Source: Candidatus Zixiibacteriota bacterium (GTDB lineage: Bacteria > Zixibacteria > MSB-5A5 > GN15 > FEB-12). Taken from it: DNA of 64,000 nucleotides. Position numbers and translations under genes: made by a program. The stretch lies in the NCBI GenBank assembly GCA_029860345.1, contig JAOUBJ010000014.1, positions 53,731 through 117,730 on the forward strand. Direction: 5' to 3'. Shown piece after piece: positions 44,548-53,617 of the stretch. Position 1 is the stretch's first letter; each line of letters starts with the position of its first letter. The notes beneath the pieces were generated by a model. The model did not search any database. It worked only from the letters and a program-made list of their open reading frames with translations, and was not told where the DNA came from.

Positions 44548-46073
44548 TGTTCCGTCGTTACCTAAGGGTCATCTGCCTGCTCATGCTGCCGGCTCTTTCG
44601 GCCGACTCATACGCCGCCGAGACGGTGGAAGTTGTTTTTGCCGGCGGCAAACAGGACATCTCAGCCTATCACCAGGACCGCATCACCTATCTATCTTTTT
44701 CAGAGTTGGCTGAGATACTTGGCGGCACGCTCGACTGGGAGACAGTCGGTCATCAGATCACTTACACCGACGGCGCCAACCGATTCGACTTTGTGCTGGG
44801 TTCTCCATTTTTCAAACTCAACGATCACACCTACAACATGACTTTTGAAGCCCGGCTCAAAGATGGACGTCTCTACCTCCCGGCCGAGACCTTTGTGAGT
44901 TTTCTAAACGGCGCTGTTCCACAGTCGTTGTCGTTCGACAGTAAGCTCAGGCTTCTGCGCATGGATTCCGAGTATTTCAACGTCACCGACCTGGAAGTGT
45001 CGCGCAAAGCCAACGGACTGTTGGTTGAACTGATGCTCACCGGAGCACTGGCCTATGAGGTCTATGTAACCGAAGGCAACTGGCTTAATATATCCATCAC
45101 CGAAGGGCGCATCAACCAGCCGAAACTGGCCTCACGCAAAGACTCTCGCTACATGTACAAGCTCACGACTCATCAGGCCGCCGGTTCCGGCCAGGTATCG
45201 ATGAGGCTTAAAGTACGAACGGATAAGTTGCATCACAAGATGGCCTACAATCCACCGCGTATTCAGATATCAATCGCCGATGCCGGCTTTGTCATTGATT
45301 CGTCGGCGGCGCCGATTGTCGGGCCGGACGACAAAGTTGACGTTATCGTTATCGATGCCGGTCATGGCGGCAGCGACTACGGCGCCATCGGTCCCGGTAA
45401 GACTCGGGAGAAGGACGTTGTGCTGAACATAGCGCGCGAACTGGCCAAACTGATCCGCAAAGAAAAACTGTTCAAGGTCGTCATGACCCGCGATGGTGAC
45501 CGCACCGTGACGCTCGATAAACGGGCCGACATCGCCAACTCCGCCGGTGCCGACTTGTTCATCTCCATTCACGCCAACGCCTCGGTGAAAAAGCGGGCGC
45601 GTGGTTGGAACGTCTTCTTTCTGGCGCCGGCCAAGAACGATTCGGCTCGGTCGGTGGCTCAGTTTGAAAACAGCTTCTTCCTGAAAGAGCGGTCGGCGCT
45701 GGATGCACACCGCGACGAAGAGGAAACAGAATCCGATCAGTATGGACTGGACAACCCGATCCTGAGCATCCTCAACGAGATGATTATGACCGAGTTTCAG
45801 GCCGAGTCGTATGATCTGGCTTTGATGCTCGGCCGGGAGTTTCGCAACAGCTTGAATATCCCCTCGCGCGGCGTCGATCAAGCCGGGTTTTTCGTGCTCA
45901 ACAAAGTCTTCACCCCATCGGTACTGATCGAGACCGGTTTTATCTCCAATAAGAAAGAAGAGAAGACGCTTAAGAGCAAAAAGTATCACCGACAGGTGGC
46001 CCAGGCCGTTTACAAGGCAATCAAGAAGTTCAAAGTCAAGTACGAACAAAAAAGCAAAGACAAAGCCGGATGA
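44544..46073 (+). CDS. N-acetylmuramoyl-L-alanine amidase (Amidase_3) with N-terminal targeting domains
   Basis: A signal peptide is present. The catalytic region reads VIVIDAGHGGSDYGAIG and DLFISIHANA. Confidence 0.85.
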   Translation: MMFRRYLRVICLLMLPALSADSYAAETVEVVFAGGKQDISAYHQDRITYLSFSELAEILGGTLDWETVGHQITYTDGANRFDFVLGSPFFKLNDHTYNMTFEARLKDGRLYLPAETFVSFLNGAVPQSLSFDSKLRLLRMDSEYFNVTDLEVSRKANGLLVELMLTGALAYEVYVTEGNWLNISITEGRINQPKLASRKDSRYMYKLTTHQAAGSGQVSMRLKVRTDKLHHKMAYNPPRIQISIADAGFVIDSSAAPIVGPDDKVDVIVIDAGHGGSDYGAIGPGKTREKDVVLNIARELAKLIRKEKLFKVVMTRDGDRTVTLDKRADIANSAGADLFISIHANASVKKRARGWNVFFLAPAKNDSARSVAQFENSFFLKERSALDAHRDEEETESDQYGLDNPILSILNEMIMTEFQAESYDLALMLGREFRNSLNIPSRGVDQAGFFVLNKVFTPSVLIETGFISNKKEEKTLKSKKYHRQVAQAVYKAIKKFKVKYEQKSKDKAG

Positions 46074-46906
46074 CAAACCCATCGTCAACGAGTAATAACG
46101 CACCCATCGGCGTTTTCGATAGCGGCGTAGGCGGCCTGACCGTTGCCCGCCAATTGTACAAACTGTTGCCGCACGAAGATGTGGTCTATTTCGGTGATGT
46201 CGGTCGCACGCCGTATGGAGGGCGTTCCAAAGAGATCATCAGGCAGTTCACGCTGCAGGATGTTGCCTTTCTGATCGAACACGATGTCAAGCTGATCATC
46301 TGCGCCTGCAACTCAGCTTCGTCGGTGGCCCTTGGTGAAGTGGCCAAAGAACACGAAGTCGGTATGCTGGGCGTTATCGAACCGGGTGCGCAAGCGGCGG
46401 TAGCGCGGACAACCAACGGTCGGGTCGGTGTCATCGGCACCAACGCCACTATTGGTTCCAACGCTTATGCCTCGACAATCCATCGGATCGATCCGAAGAT
46501 CAAAGTCTTTTCGCTGGCTTGTCCGTTGTTCGTGCCGTTGGCCGAAGAAGGATACCTCGATAAGGATGCTACCTATCTGATCGCGCGTGACTACCTGCAA
46601 ACGATGCATGATGTCGACATTGACACTTTGGTGCTCGGTTGCACGCACTACCCGTTGTTGAGACAAGTGATCGCGGACGTCATGGGTGACAAAGTGACGT
46701 TGATTGACTCAGGCGAAGAAACGGCGCGGGTTGCTTTTTCCACCCTCACCGACAGGGGTCTGCTGCGTACTGATGAACAAGATGCGTCCGCGGGCACAAG
46801 ACAGTATTTTGTCAGTGACGTGCCGGAGAAGTTCGGCAATGTTGCCGGTAAATTCCTCGGTGAACCGATCGACAAGATCACGCGGGTGGATATCAGTGGG
46901 TATTAG
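46070..46906 (+). CDS. murI: Glutamate racemase
   Basis: Motifs are IGVFDSGVGGLTV, ACNSAS and GCTHYPLL. Confidence 0.95.
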   Translation: MTNPSSTSNNAPIGVFDSGVGGLTVARQLYKLLPHEDVVYFGDVGRTPYGGRSKEIIRQFTLQDVAFLIEHDVKLIICACNSASSVALGEVAKEHEVGMLGVIEPGAQAAVARTTNGRVGVIGTNATIGSNAYASTIHRIDPKIKVFSLACPLFVPLAEEGYLDKDATYLIARDYLQTMHDVDIDTLVLGCTHYPLLRQVIADVMGDKVTLIDSGEETARVAFSTLTDRGLLRTDEQDASAGTRQYFVSDVPEKFGNVAGKFLGEPIDKITRVDISGY

Positions 46907-47040
46907 CAGGCGCGGTGGCATGTCACTTTTTGACCCTTCGCGCTTTTCAAGTTCTCGTAGGTCGAAACCCCTGGACCGAAGGTCTGCCGAAGGCAGGTTT
47001 CGACAGTTTACTATAGATCGAGGATGGATTCCCGCCTTCG

Positions 47041-47172
47041 CGGGAATGACAGAGTGGGGACGGGAATGACAGAGTGGGGACGGGAATGACAGAGTGGGGA
47101 CGGGAATGACAGAGTGGGGACGGGAATGACAGAGTGGGGACGGGAATGACAGAGTGGGAGCGGGAATGACAG
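47041..47172. repeat. 20-bp tandem repeat, about 6.6 copies (cgggaatgacagagtgggga)
   Basis: Perfect copies start at 47041, 47061, 47081, 47101 and 47121. A variant starts at 47141 and a partial copy at 47161. The array is seeded from the hairpin module ggattcccgccttcgcgggaatgac at 47026-47050. Confidence 0.95.
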
Positions 47173-47188
47173 TGGATGCATGTGAGAG

Positions 47189-47836
47189 ATGCGCGAAACG
47201 CATAAGACCCATTTATGGGCAGGCTCACCTGTGCAATTAGTCCTGGCAACTAACAACCAAGACAAGGTCCGGGAGATCAAGCAGTTGCTTAACGATCTTC
47301 CGGTGACGATACTCACTGCTGACGACTTCCAAGACTTTCCAGATATCGAAGAAACCGGCAGTACACTCGAAGAGAACGCTCGTCTCAAGGCCAACGGTAT
47401 CGCAAAGTTTACCGGGCAGGCCGCACTGGCCGATGACAGCGGACTCGAAGTCGATGCCTTAGACGGTGCGCCGGGTGTTTACTCATCGCGCTACGCCGGG
47501 GTGAACGTCACCTACGACGACAACAACCAGAAGCTGCTAAAGCAGCTCCATGGTGTTTCGCAAAAGCAGCGGAGCGCCAGGTTCCGCTGTGTGATTGCGA
47601 TTGACTGGGGCGACGGCACCACCGATACCTGCGAGGGGGCGTGCGAGGGGTTCATCGCCGAAGATGTGATCGGGCATGAAGGGTTCGGCTACGATCCGGT
47701 TTTTTACTACCCGCCCGCCGATAAACGATTCTCCGAGATGACAACAGCCGAGAAGAACGAGGTATCACACCGCGGCCTGGCCCTGGAAGCAGCGAAGGGG
47801 CTGATCCTCCAACGATTATCGAGGTCCCCAGACTGA
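47189..47836 (+). CDS. rdgB: Non-canonical purine NTP pyrophosphatase (RdgB/HAM1)
   Basis: Motifs are LATNNQDKVREI, EETGSTLEENARLKA, DDSGLEVDALDGAPGVYSSRY, FGYDPVF and SHRG. The true start may be GTG 47231. Confidence 0.9.
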   Translation: MRETHKTHLWAGSPVQLVLATNNQDKVREIKQLLNDLPVTILTADDFQDFPDIEETGSTLEENARLKANGIAKFTGQAALADDSGLEVDALDGAPGVYSSRYAGVNVTYDDNNQKLLKQLHGVSQKQRSARFRCVIAIDWGDGTTDTCEGACEGFIAEDVIGHEGFGYDPVFYYPPADKRFSEMTTAEKNEVSHRGLALEAAKGLILQRLSRSPD

Positions 47837-47851
47837 GTAACTGTCGAAGTT

Positions 47852-48221
47852 CACCCTTCGACTGCGCTCAGGATGACATGAGTAGCGCGCGTAGCGCGAA
47901 GAAGTGATTTATCACCCTTCGACTCCGCTCAGGACGACATGAGTAGTGCGCGAAGCGCGAAGAAGTGATTTATCACCCTTCGACTGCGCTCAGGATGACA
48001 TGAGTAGTGCGCGTAGCGCGAAGAAGTGATTTATCGCCCTTCGACTCCGCTCAGGACGACATGAGTAACGCGCGAAGCGCGAAGAAGTGATTTATCACCC
48101 TTCGACTGCGCTCAGGATGACATGAGTAACGCGCGAAGCGCGAAGAAGTGATTTATCACCCTTCGACTCCGCTCAGGACGACATGAGTAACGCGCGAAGC
48201 GCGAAGAAGTGATTTATCACC
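47852..48221. repeat. 60/61-bp tandem array, 6 copies with alternating A/B subtypes (about 121-bp higher-order unit)
   Basis: The unit is cacccttcgact[g/c]cgctcagga[t/c]gacatgagta..gcgcgaagcgcgaagaagtgatttat. Odd copies read gactGcgctcaggaT and even copies read gactCcgctcaggaC. Confidence 0.95.
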
Positions 48222-48307
48222 GCCCGGTTACAACGTTGACGAGCCGTTGAACGTTTTGTATCATGGGTGCGTTGGTCGAGCAAAAACTACGTGGAGGATA
48301 TACAGCG

Positions 48308-49324
48308 ATGAAAAAGTGCCTCATTACTGTCTTGCTAATATCAGCAGCAATCTCATCGGCGGCTCAGGCTGAAGGGAAATTCAAAATCGAAGCTTCTCCG
48401 GTGCTGCTATTCAATACCGGCAAAACGGATTATACGATCCAATTCGTGGGCCTGGCCATTGACCAGGACGGTGACACCGTTCTGCTGGGCGGCCGCAGTC
48501 AATTGGAGTTTCCGGTAGATATGACCCTTACCGGATTCGACATTGTGGCCGAAACCAAGACTTCGTCCGGAAAAACGCTAACGTTTAACGGCAGCGCCAT
48601 TATGAGCGTAACCGACCCCAGCACCAAAATGGAGGATCACGACTGGTGGTTTGATCCCTTGGGTACAGAAAGTTTCAAATGGAGTTGGACGGAGTCGCGG
48701 ACAAAAACGAATTACCTGCTTTTGAAACTGGAAGCGGCAATGTCGATCTTGCAGCGACCAAAAGTGCAACTGGCTGCGATGGCCGGGTTTCATTATAATC
48801 GAATTGAGTTTGACGTGATGGGCTACGATGGCTGGCAGGTGCGTAATGACGGCCTGGCCCATGATGTCTCAAAAAGCTCGAATGTGAAAGTGGGTTATTA
48901 CAAGGCGACCTATAAACTGCCTCAAGTGGGTATGCGGTTGAATGTGATTCCGAGTTGGCAACTATCGATGGGAACTCAGCTGGCATTGGGACGACTGATG
49001 GCCTCCGATCTTGACGACCATGTGTTGCGCGGTAAGACGGCTGAAGCCTCCACCACCGGCTGGGCTTTTCTTGCGCAGGCCAAGGCGCGCTTGCTGCTGA
49101 CTCAGCATGGCTCGGTGCGGCCGTTCTTTTCGGGACAATTCGAGTATGTCAAGCACAGCGCTTCGGGCTCTCAGACGCAGACATGGTATCGTGACGAAAT
49201 CTATTACGACCCGGATACCGGCGAAGAACAGATTGTCCGCGCCGGCACGACTTACCCGGGAATCGATTACGAGACCAGCACCCACCAGTTGCGGTTTGGA
49301 TTTGGTTTCGGAGTGGCGTTCTGA
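48308..49324 (+). CDS. Omptin-family outer-membrane aspartyl protease-like beta-barrel
   Basis: GGAGGA is followed by ATG 48308, and the signal is MKKCLITVLLISAAISSAAQA. MEDHDWW..WTESRTKTNY..LAAMAGFHYNRIEF..VGYYKATYKLPQVGM..SDLDDHV parallels OmpT VDQDWM..WTDESRHPDTQLNY..LGLMAGYQESRYSF..IGYKQRFKMPYIGL..SDNDEHY. Confidence 0.7.
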   Translation: MKKCLITVLLISAAISSAAQAEGKFKIEASPVLLFNTGKTDYTIQFVGLAIDQDGDTVLLGGRSQLEFPVDMTLTGFDIVAETKTSSGKTLTFNGSAIMSVTDPSTKMEDHDWWFDPLGTESFKWSWTESRTKTNYLLLKLEAAMSILQRPKVQLAAMAGFHYNRIEFDVMGYDGWQVRNDGLAHDVSKSSNVKVGYYKATYKLPQVGMRLNVIPSWQLSMGTQLALGRLMASDLDDHVLRGKTAEASTTGWAFLAQAKARLLLTQHGSVRPFFSGQFEYVKHSASGSQTQTWYRDEIYYDPDTGEEQIVRAGTTYPGIDYETSTHQLRFGFGFGVAF

Positions 49325-49478
49325 TTGGACACCTTGCAGAATTGACATTTTCGATTCAACATTAAACAGTTTCGCAACTGGTCCGTCTACCCTATAGCTA
49401 CCCAGCCTCAGGGAGCGAAATGACATTCGACGATACGGTGAGCACGGACACCTTATCGTCGTTCTAACTCTCGACAAT

Positions 49479-49506
49479 TTGACAAAACACTGTTTTGCCC
49501 TATATT
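49479..49506 (+). promoter_or_regulatory. Sigma70-like promoter candidate (TTGACA-N16-TATATT)
   Basis: This is a near-consensus match 57 nt upstream of ATG 49563. Confidence 0.5.
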
Positions 49507-49562
49507 ATGAGCGTTCTCGCTGGACTAGTTAGTTCGCACGAATCAAGGTCGGAGGAGGAGAC

Positions 49563-52500
49563 ATGAGGGTCTGTAAGGTAATCTCGACAACGTTGCTACT
49601 GGTGCTGGTTTTCGGCACTTTAGAAGAACTCGGGGCGCGCACGGCTGCCGATGACGGTGGAACGGCCAATAAGGCACCAGCCGTGACACCTCATTACAAT
49701 ATAGCGGCCCACCGGGTGGGCAAGATCGGCCTGGCCGTGAACAACGCCGGAACCCTGGGTAAGGGTTTCTACAATGCTGTTCAGACAGACTTTTTTACCG
49801 GTGATCCGATTTTCCACTCCTGTGAGTATCCACGAGGCTCGGGCGCGGAGTATCTATTTGCCGGAGCCTTATGGATAGGCTCCACACGCGGTCACGATAC
49901 TCTTGTTTCTGTCGGAGCCGATGGCTGGCGCCCGGGTCGGGAAATGTCTCCCGACGAGATACCGTTTGGCGGCATGGTCAAACGATCAACCTTTGATCCG
50001 GACAGCCCTTTATACATAGATGCAGTGTCACAGGAAGATTACATCGGTGTGTACATGGATACTTTTACCGACGGCGTTCCAGCCGACTGGAGCGGCCGGC
50101 CTCATGTGCCACTGGATATCCAGGTAACCCAGACTTCCTACGCCTGGACACATCCGTGGACGGAGGACTTCGTCCTGATGAATTTCGAAGTGGAGAATAT
50201 TGGGGCGGAACAACTGAGCCAAGTCTACCTGGGGATATATGTCGACGCCGACATCTGTCGGGACTGCAGCCATACCGCCGGTTATGCCGATGACCTGAGT
50301 GGCTTCCTCCAGACCTACCCAACTCAACAGGGCAGCTGTGAGTTTATCGACACGGTCAATATCGCCTGGAGCGCCGACAACGACGGCGACTTCTTCAGTC
50401 CCGTGCCGGCGCCGCATGTAACCGGACTGGCGCCGCTGGGTGTGCCGGCGGATGACATGCAGTACAGTTTCAATTGGTGGGCTAGCAATGGGAACGGAGC
50501 GCTCGACTTCGGCCCACGACTCAGAGGAACGACGGAGGACCCTTTTCGTGATTTCGGAACCGGTGGTCTCGGGACACCCGAAGGTGATCACAATAAGCAC
50601 TATATTATGAGTCACCCGGAATTTGATTACGATCAGGCGTTCACCGCTACGATTCCGGAAAGCGATCCAAACTGGCTGTATCCTAATCAGGCTGTCGCCG
50701 ACGATTTCGCCGATGGTTTTGACACTCGCTATCTATTGTCGTTCGGTCCCTGGGACATTCAGCCGGGCCAGACTTTGCCGGTGACAGTGGCCTATGTGGC
50801 AGGCGAAAACTTCCATACGAGCGCCGGAAACATTGCGAATCTGCCGGATAATCCGGATGCGTACTACAGCAATCTTGACTTTTCCGATCTGGCCCACAAT
50901 GCCCGGTGGGCCGACTGGGTTTATGACAATCCCGGTGTCGACACCGATGGGGACGGCTACTTTGGCAAGTTTCGTGTCTGCTGCTCAGACTCGACTCCCC
51001 ACACCCACCCTGGAACGGGCGAAGTCGAGTGGGAGTATTTAGAGTGCGATACCGTTTTCTATGAAGGGGACGGCGTCCCGGATTTCTCAGCCACACTAAG
51101 TTCGGACGGGCAGGACATGGTTTGGGTTGCCCCGAAGGACGAGGCCCTTTGGGTCCGATGGAATGGTGTGCAAGCTGAGACTCAGGCGGATCTGCTGACC
51201 GGTCAGGTCGACTTTGAAGGTTACCGTGTCTACCTCTCCCCCGACGGCACGCCAGGGTCATATACTGAAGTAGAATCATACGATATCAATGACTATCTAA
51301 AGTATGTCTTTAACTTCGATTTGGAAGCCTGGGAACTCCGGGATTATCCGATGACGCTTGAGGAGTTGCGATGTCTTTACGGCGAGGGGTGTGACGATGA
51401 GACATTCGACCCCAACGATTACATTTATGGCGGTCCGTTTATCCATCCCGACTTCCCTGATTCAGCTTTTCACTTTGAGCCGTTTGATTTGAACAAAAGC
51501 CAACTCGGCGTTAATACTCTGATTGTGAAACGTTTCCCCGGTCAGCCGTACCCCAGTAACCTCGATCCTGATCTTGTCGACCCATCGGAACTCACGCCGG
51601 ACGGATACCTGAAGTACTTCGAGTACGAGATGATTATCGACAACCTCTTGCCCGATCAGTGCTATTGGGTGAACGTAACCAGAACCGACTACGGTGCGCC
51701 CCAGTTCGGCCTTCCGGGTGACGAATCAGATTTGTATGAAACGGAATTGAAGGGTTGCCCCACACTCAATCCATACGCCTTCGACTGCGACCAGGGTTGG
51801 AACATGGTGTCGGCTCCTTTAGATTTGGGTGCGCAACTGCCATCCGAAGTATACGGAGATGATTTCCCATACTGGCAGCTCTATGGTTGGAATGGCAATT
51901 CATATTATAGCCCCACTCATTTGAATGGATGCGACGAAGGATACTGGCTGCTGGCTCCGGAGACTGACAGAGTAGATTATGAAGGTATAGACTGTTCACC
52001 TGGCTTGACATCATACTGCACGAATCCCCATCTCGGCTGGAATATGATCGGCTCACCGTTTCTGAACTTTGCCTATCTTCCGGACGCTGAGTTCTCAATA
52101 GCCGAGGCGCCTGGTGTCTCACGCTCATACAACTACGCGGTTTCAAACGGCTGGATTCTGGGCCAGCTTATGGTTTGGAACGGTAGCGGATACGACATGG
52201 ACTGGGCCGTGAATGGCGGCGACGCTGCCTGGTTGGCGGTTCTGGTGGAGGGATTGGAAATCTGTTGGTATCCGGAACCACCAGCTCCGGAACGTGAACC
52301 TATGACCGACCTGTTCGCGGCATCAGGCGACCAGAAAGTGACGATCAGTTTAGAGGGCATTTCGCCAGCTATCCAAATCGGGGTACACAGTGAGGCCACC
52401 AGCGACTTCGACCCGAGGTTCGATCTGCCCAGCCCTCCGCCCGCGCCCGGAGCTTCCACGGGTCTCGTGATAGTGGCGGAACAAGAGCCGATGTGGAACC

Positions 52501-53027
52501 GACTCCGGATAGATATGAGGTCGTTTGAGGACGAACTAATATGGCATCTGAGGGTACAAGGGGATGAAAGTACAGCAGTGGAGTTCGCTAATATATCAGC
52601 ACTTACACAACATGGTTACAGTATCACTTTAGTCAACAGCCAGGGTCGAAGCATACGTACTCTTGACGATGACAGCACGGTTAAGCTCGAACCGGGCGAA
52701 TACTCTGTGGTTGCGAACCGAGACGGCGCAAGTATCGCCGAAATCCCGTCAGATTACATGCTGGCCGACAATTACCCCAATCCGTTCAACCCGGCCACAA
52801 CTATCGCCTACGGACTGCCGCAACCGGGTCAGGTTCGGCTGGCTGTGTACAACCTGTTGGGACAACGAGTTGCCACCTTGGTAGAGGGATTCCGGCGGGC
52901 CGGATGGCATGAGGTCACCTGGAACGGACGCAGTGACCGGGGGTCGGAGGTATCATCGGGCGTCTACTTCTACCGATTGGAATCGGGTCGATTTGTACAG
53001 AGTCGCAAAATGTTGTTGATAAAATGA
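49563..53027 (+). CDS. Large secreted protein (1154 aa) with T9SS C-terminal sorting domain; body unassigned
   Basis: GGAGGAGGAG precedes the ATG and a signal peptide is present. The C-terminus reads NYPNPFNPATTIAYGLP..VYNLLGQRV..GVYFYRL..KMLLIK. Confidence 0.8.
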   Translation: MRVCKVISTTLLLVLVFGTLEELGARTAADDGGTANKAPAVTPHYNIAAHRVGKIGLAVNNAGTLGKGFYNAVQTDFFTGDPIFHSCEYPRGSGAEYLFAGALWIGSTRGHDTLVSVGADGWRPGREMSPDEIPFGGMVKRSTFDPDSPLYIDAVSQEDYIGVYMDTFTDGVPADWSGRPHVPLDIQVTQTSYAWTHPWTEDFVLMNFEVENIGAEQLSQVYLGIYVDADICRDCSHTAGYADDLSGFLQTYPTQQGSCEFIDTVNIAWSADNDGDFFSPVPAPHVTGLAPLGVPADDMQYSFNWWASNGNGALDFGPRLRGTTEDPFRDFGTGGLGTPEGDHNKHYIMSHPEFDYDQAFTATIPESDPNWLYPNQAVADDFADGFDTRYLLSFGPWDIQPGQTLPVTVAYVAGENFHTSAGNIANLPDNPDAYYSNLDFSDLAHNARWADWVYDNPGVDTDGDGYFGKFRVCCSDSTPHTHPGTGEVEWEYLECDTVFYEGDGVPDFSATLSSDGQDMVWVAPKDEALWVRWNGVQAETQADLLTGQVDFEGYRVYLSPDGTPGSYTEVESYDINDYLKYVFNFDLEAWELRDYPMTLEELRCLYGEGCDDETFDPNDYIYGGPFIHPDFPDSAFHFEPFDLNKSQLGVNTLIVKRFPGQPYPSNLDPDLVDPSELTPDGYLKYFEYEMIIDNLLPDQCYWVNVTRTDYGAPQFGLPGDESDLYETELKGCPTLNPYAFDCDQGWNMVSAPLDLGAQLPSEVYGDDFPYWQLYGWNGNSYYSPTHLNGCDEGYWLLAPETDRVDYEGIDCSPGLTSYCTNPHLGWNMIGSPFLNFAYLPDAEFSIAEAPGVSRSYNYAVSNGWILGQLMVWNGSGYDMDWAVNGGDAAWLAVLVEGLEICWYPEPPAPEREPMTDLFAASGDQKVTISLEGISPAIQIGVHSEATSDFDPRFDLPSPPPAPGASTGLVIVAEQEPMWNRLRIDMRSFEDELIWHLRVQGDESTAVEFANISALTQHGYSITLVNSQGRSIRTLDDDSTVKLEPGEYSVVANRDGASIAEIPSDYMLADNYPNPFNPATTIAYGLPQPGQVRLAVYNLLGQRVATLVEGFRRAGWHEVTWNGRSDRGSEVSSGVYFYRLESGRFVQSRKMLLIK

Positions 53028-53159
53028 ACAGGGCCTTATCAGTCGCTTATTCTGTTGCGAGAGGACAGGTTATGAACTCGGTTAGGTGTCCGGACGGTCT
53101 CGAAGTCGGCCTTGGGCGGCTCAGAAGCCTGTTGGGCCGCCCGTTTGGGCCGTTTGGCC

Positions 53160-53187
53160 TTGACAATTGTGAGTGCAACCCTATATT
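53160..53187 (+). promoter_or_regulatory. Sigma70-like promoter candidate (TTGACA-N16-TATATT)
   Basis: This is a near-consensus match about 430 nt upstream of ATG 53618, which would imply a long leader. Confidence 0.4.
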
Positions 53188-53617
53188 GTCCTGCGAAGAG
53201 CGGCCTATCGGCTTTTAGCCGCTGGGCCTTGGTCCTCGTTTTACTGTTGTTGGTCTAACTTAGCTGGCTGTGCTGAAATACATTAACTGATCTGACTTGT
53301 TCAGAGGGAAATGAATTGATCGCAGCTATTGCCAAACGTAAACAGTTCCCGGAGACACCAGAACTATCGTTAGTTCTCTCAGGGATGGGCCCTTATCGGC
53401 CGGTTTCGGCAGTTTATGGCGATTTGCCGTCCGGCCCCAATACTACGCCCGCCGGGAGGAATTCGGTGAGGTCGCCTTTGTTGTGTCTGACAGATAGGTC
53501 GGATAGTCCGCTGTCGTTTGAAGGTTGGAACTACGAGATGGAAAGCCCCCCGGGCTGTTTCTTTGATTTGCAAATACAATCAGAATTTCTAACAACTTAT
53601 TCACGGAGGTTTTACGG

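Noticed and set aside
47041-48221. Two regularly spaced repeat arrays (20-bp period and 60/61-bp period) that might be mistaken for CRISPR arrays
   Set aside because: The units abut directly, with no unique spacers between them. The unit sequences are copies of interspersed repeat modules found throughout the window. No cas genes are nearby.
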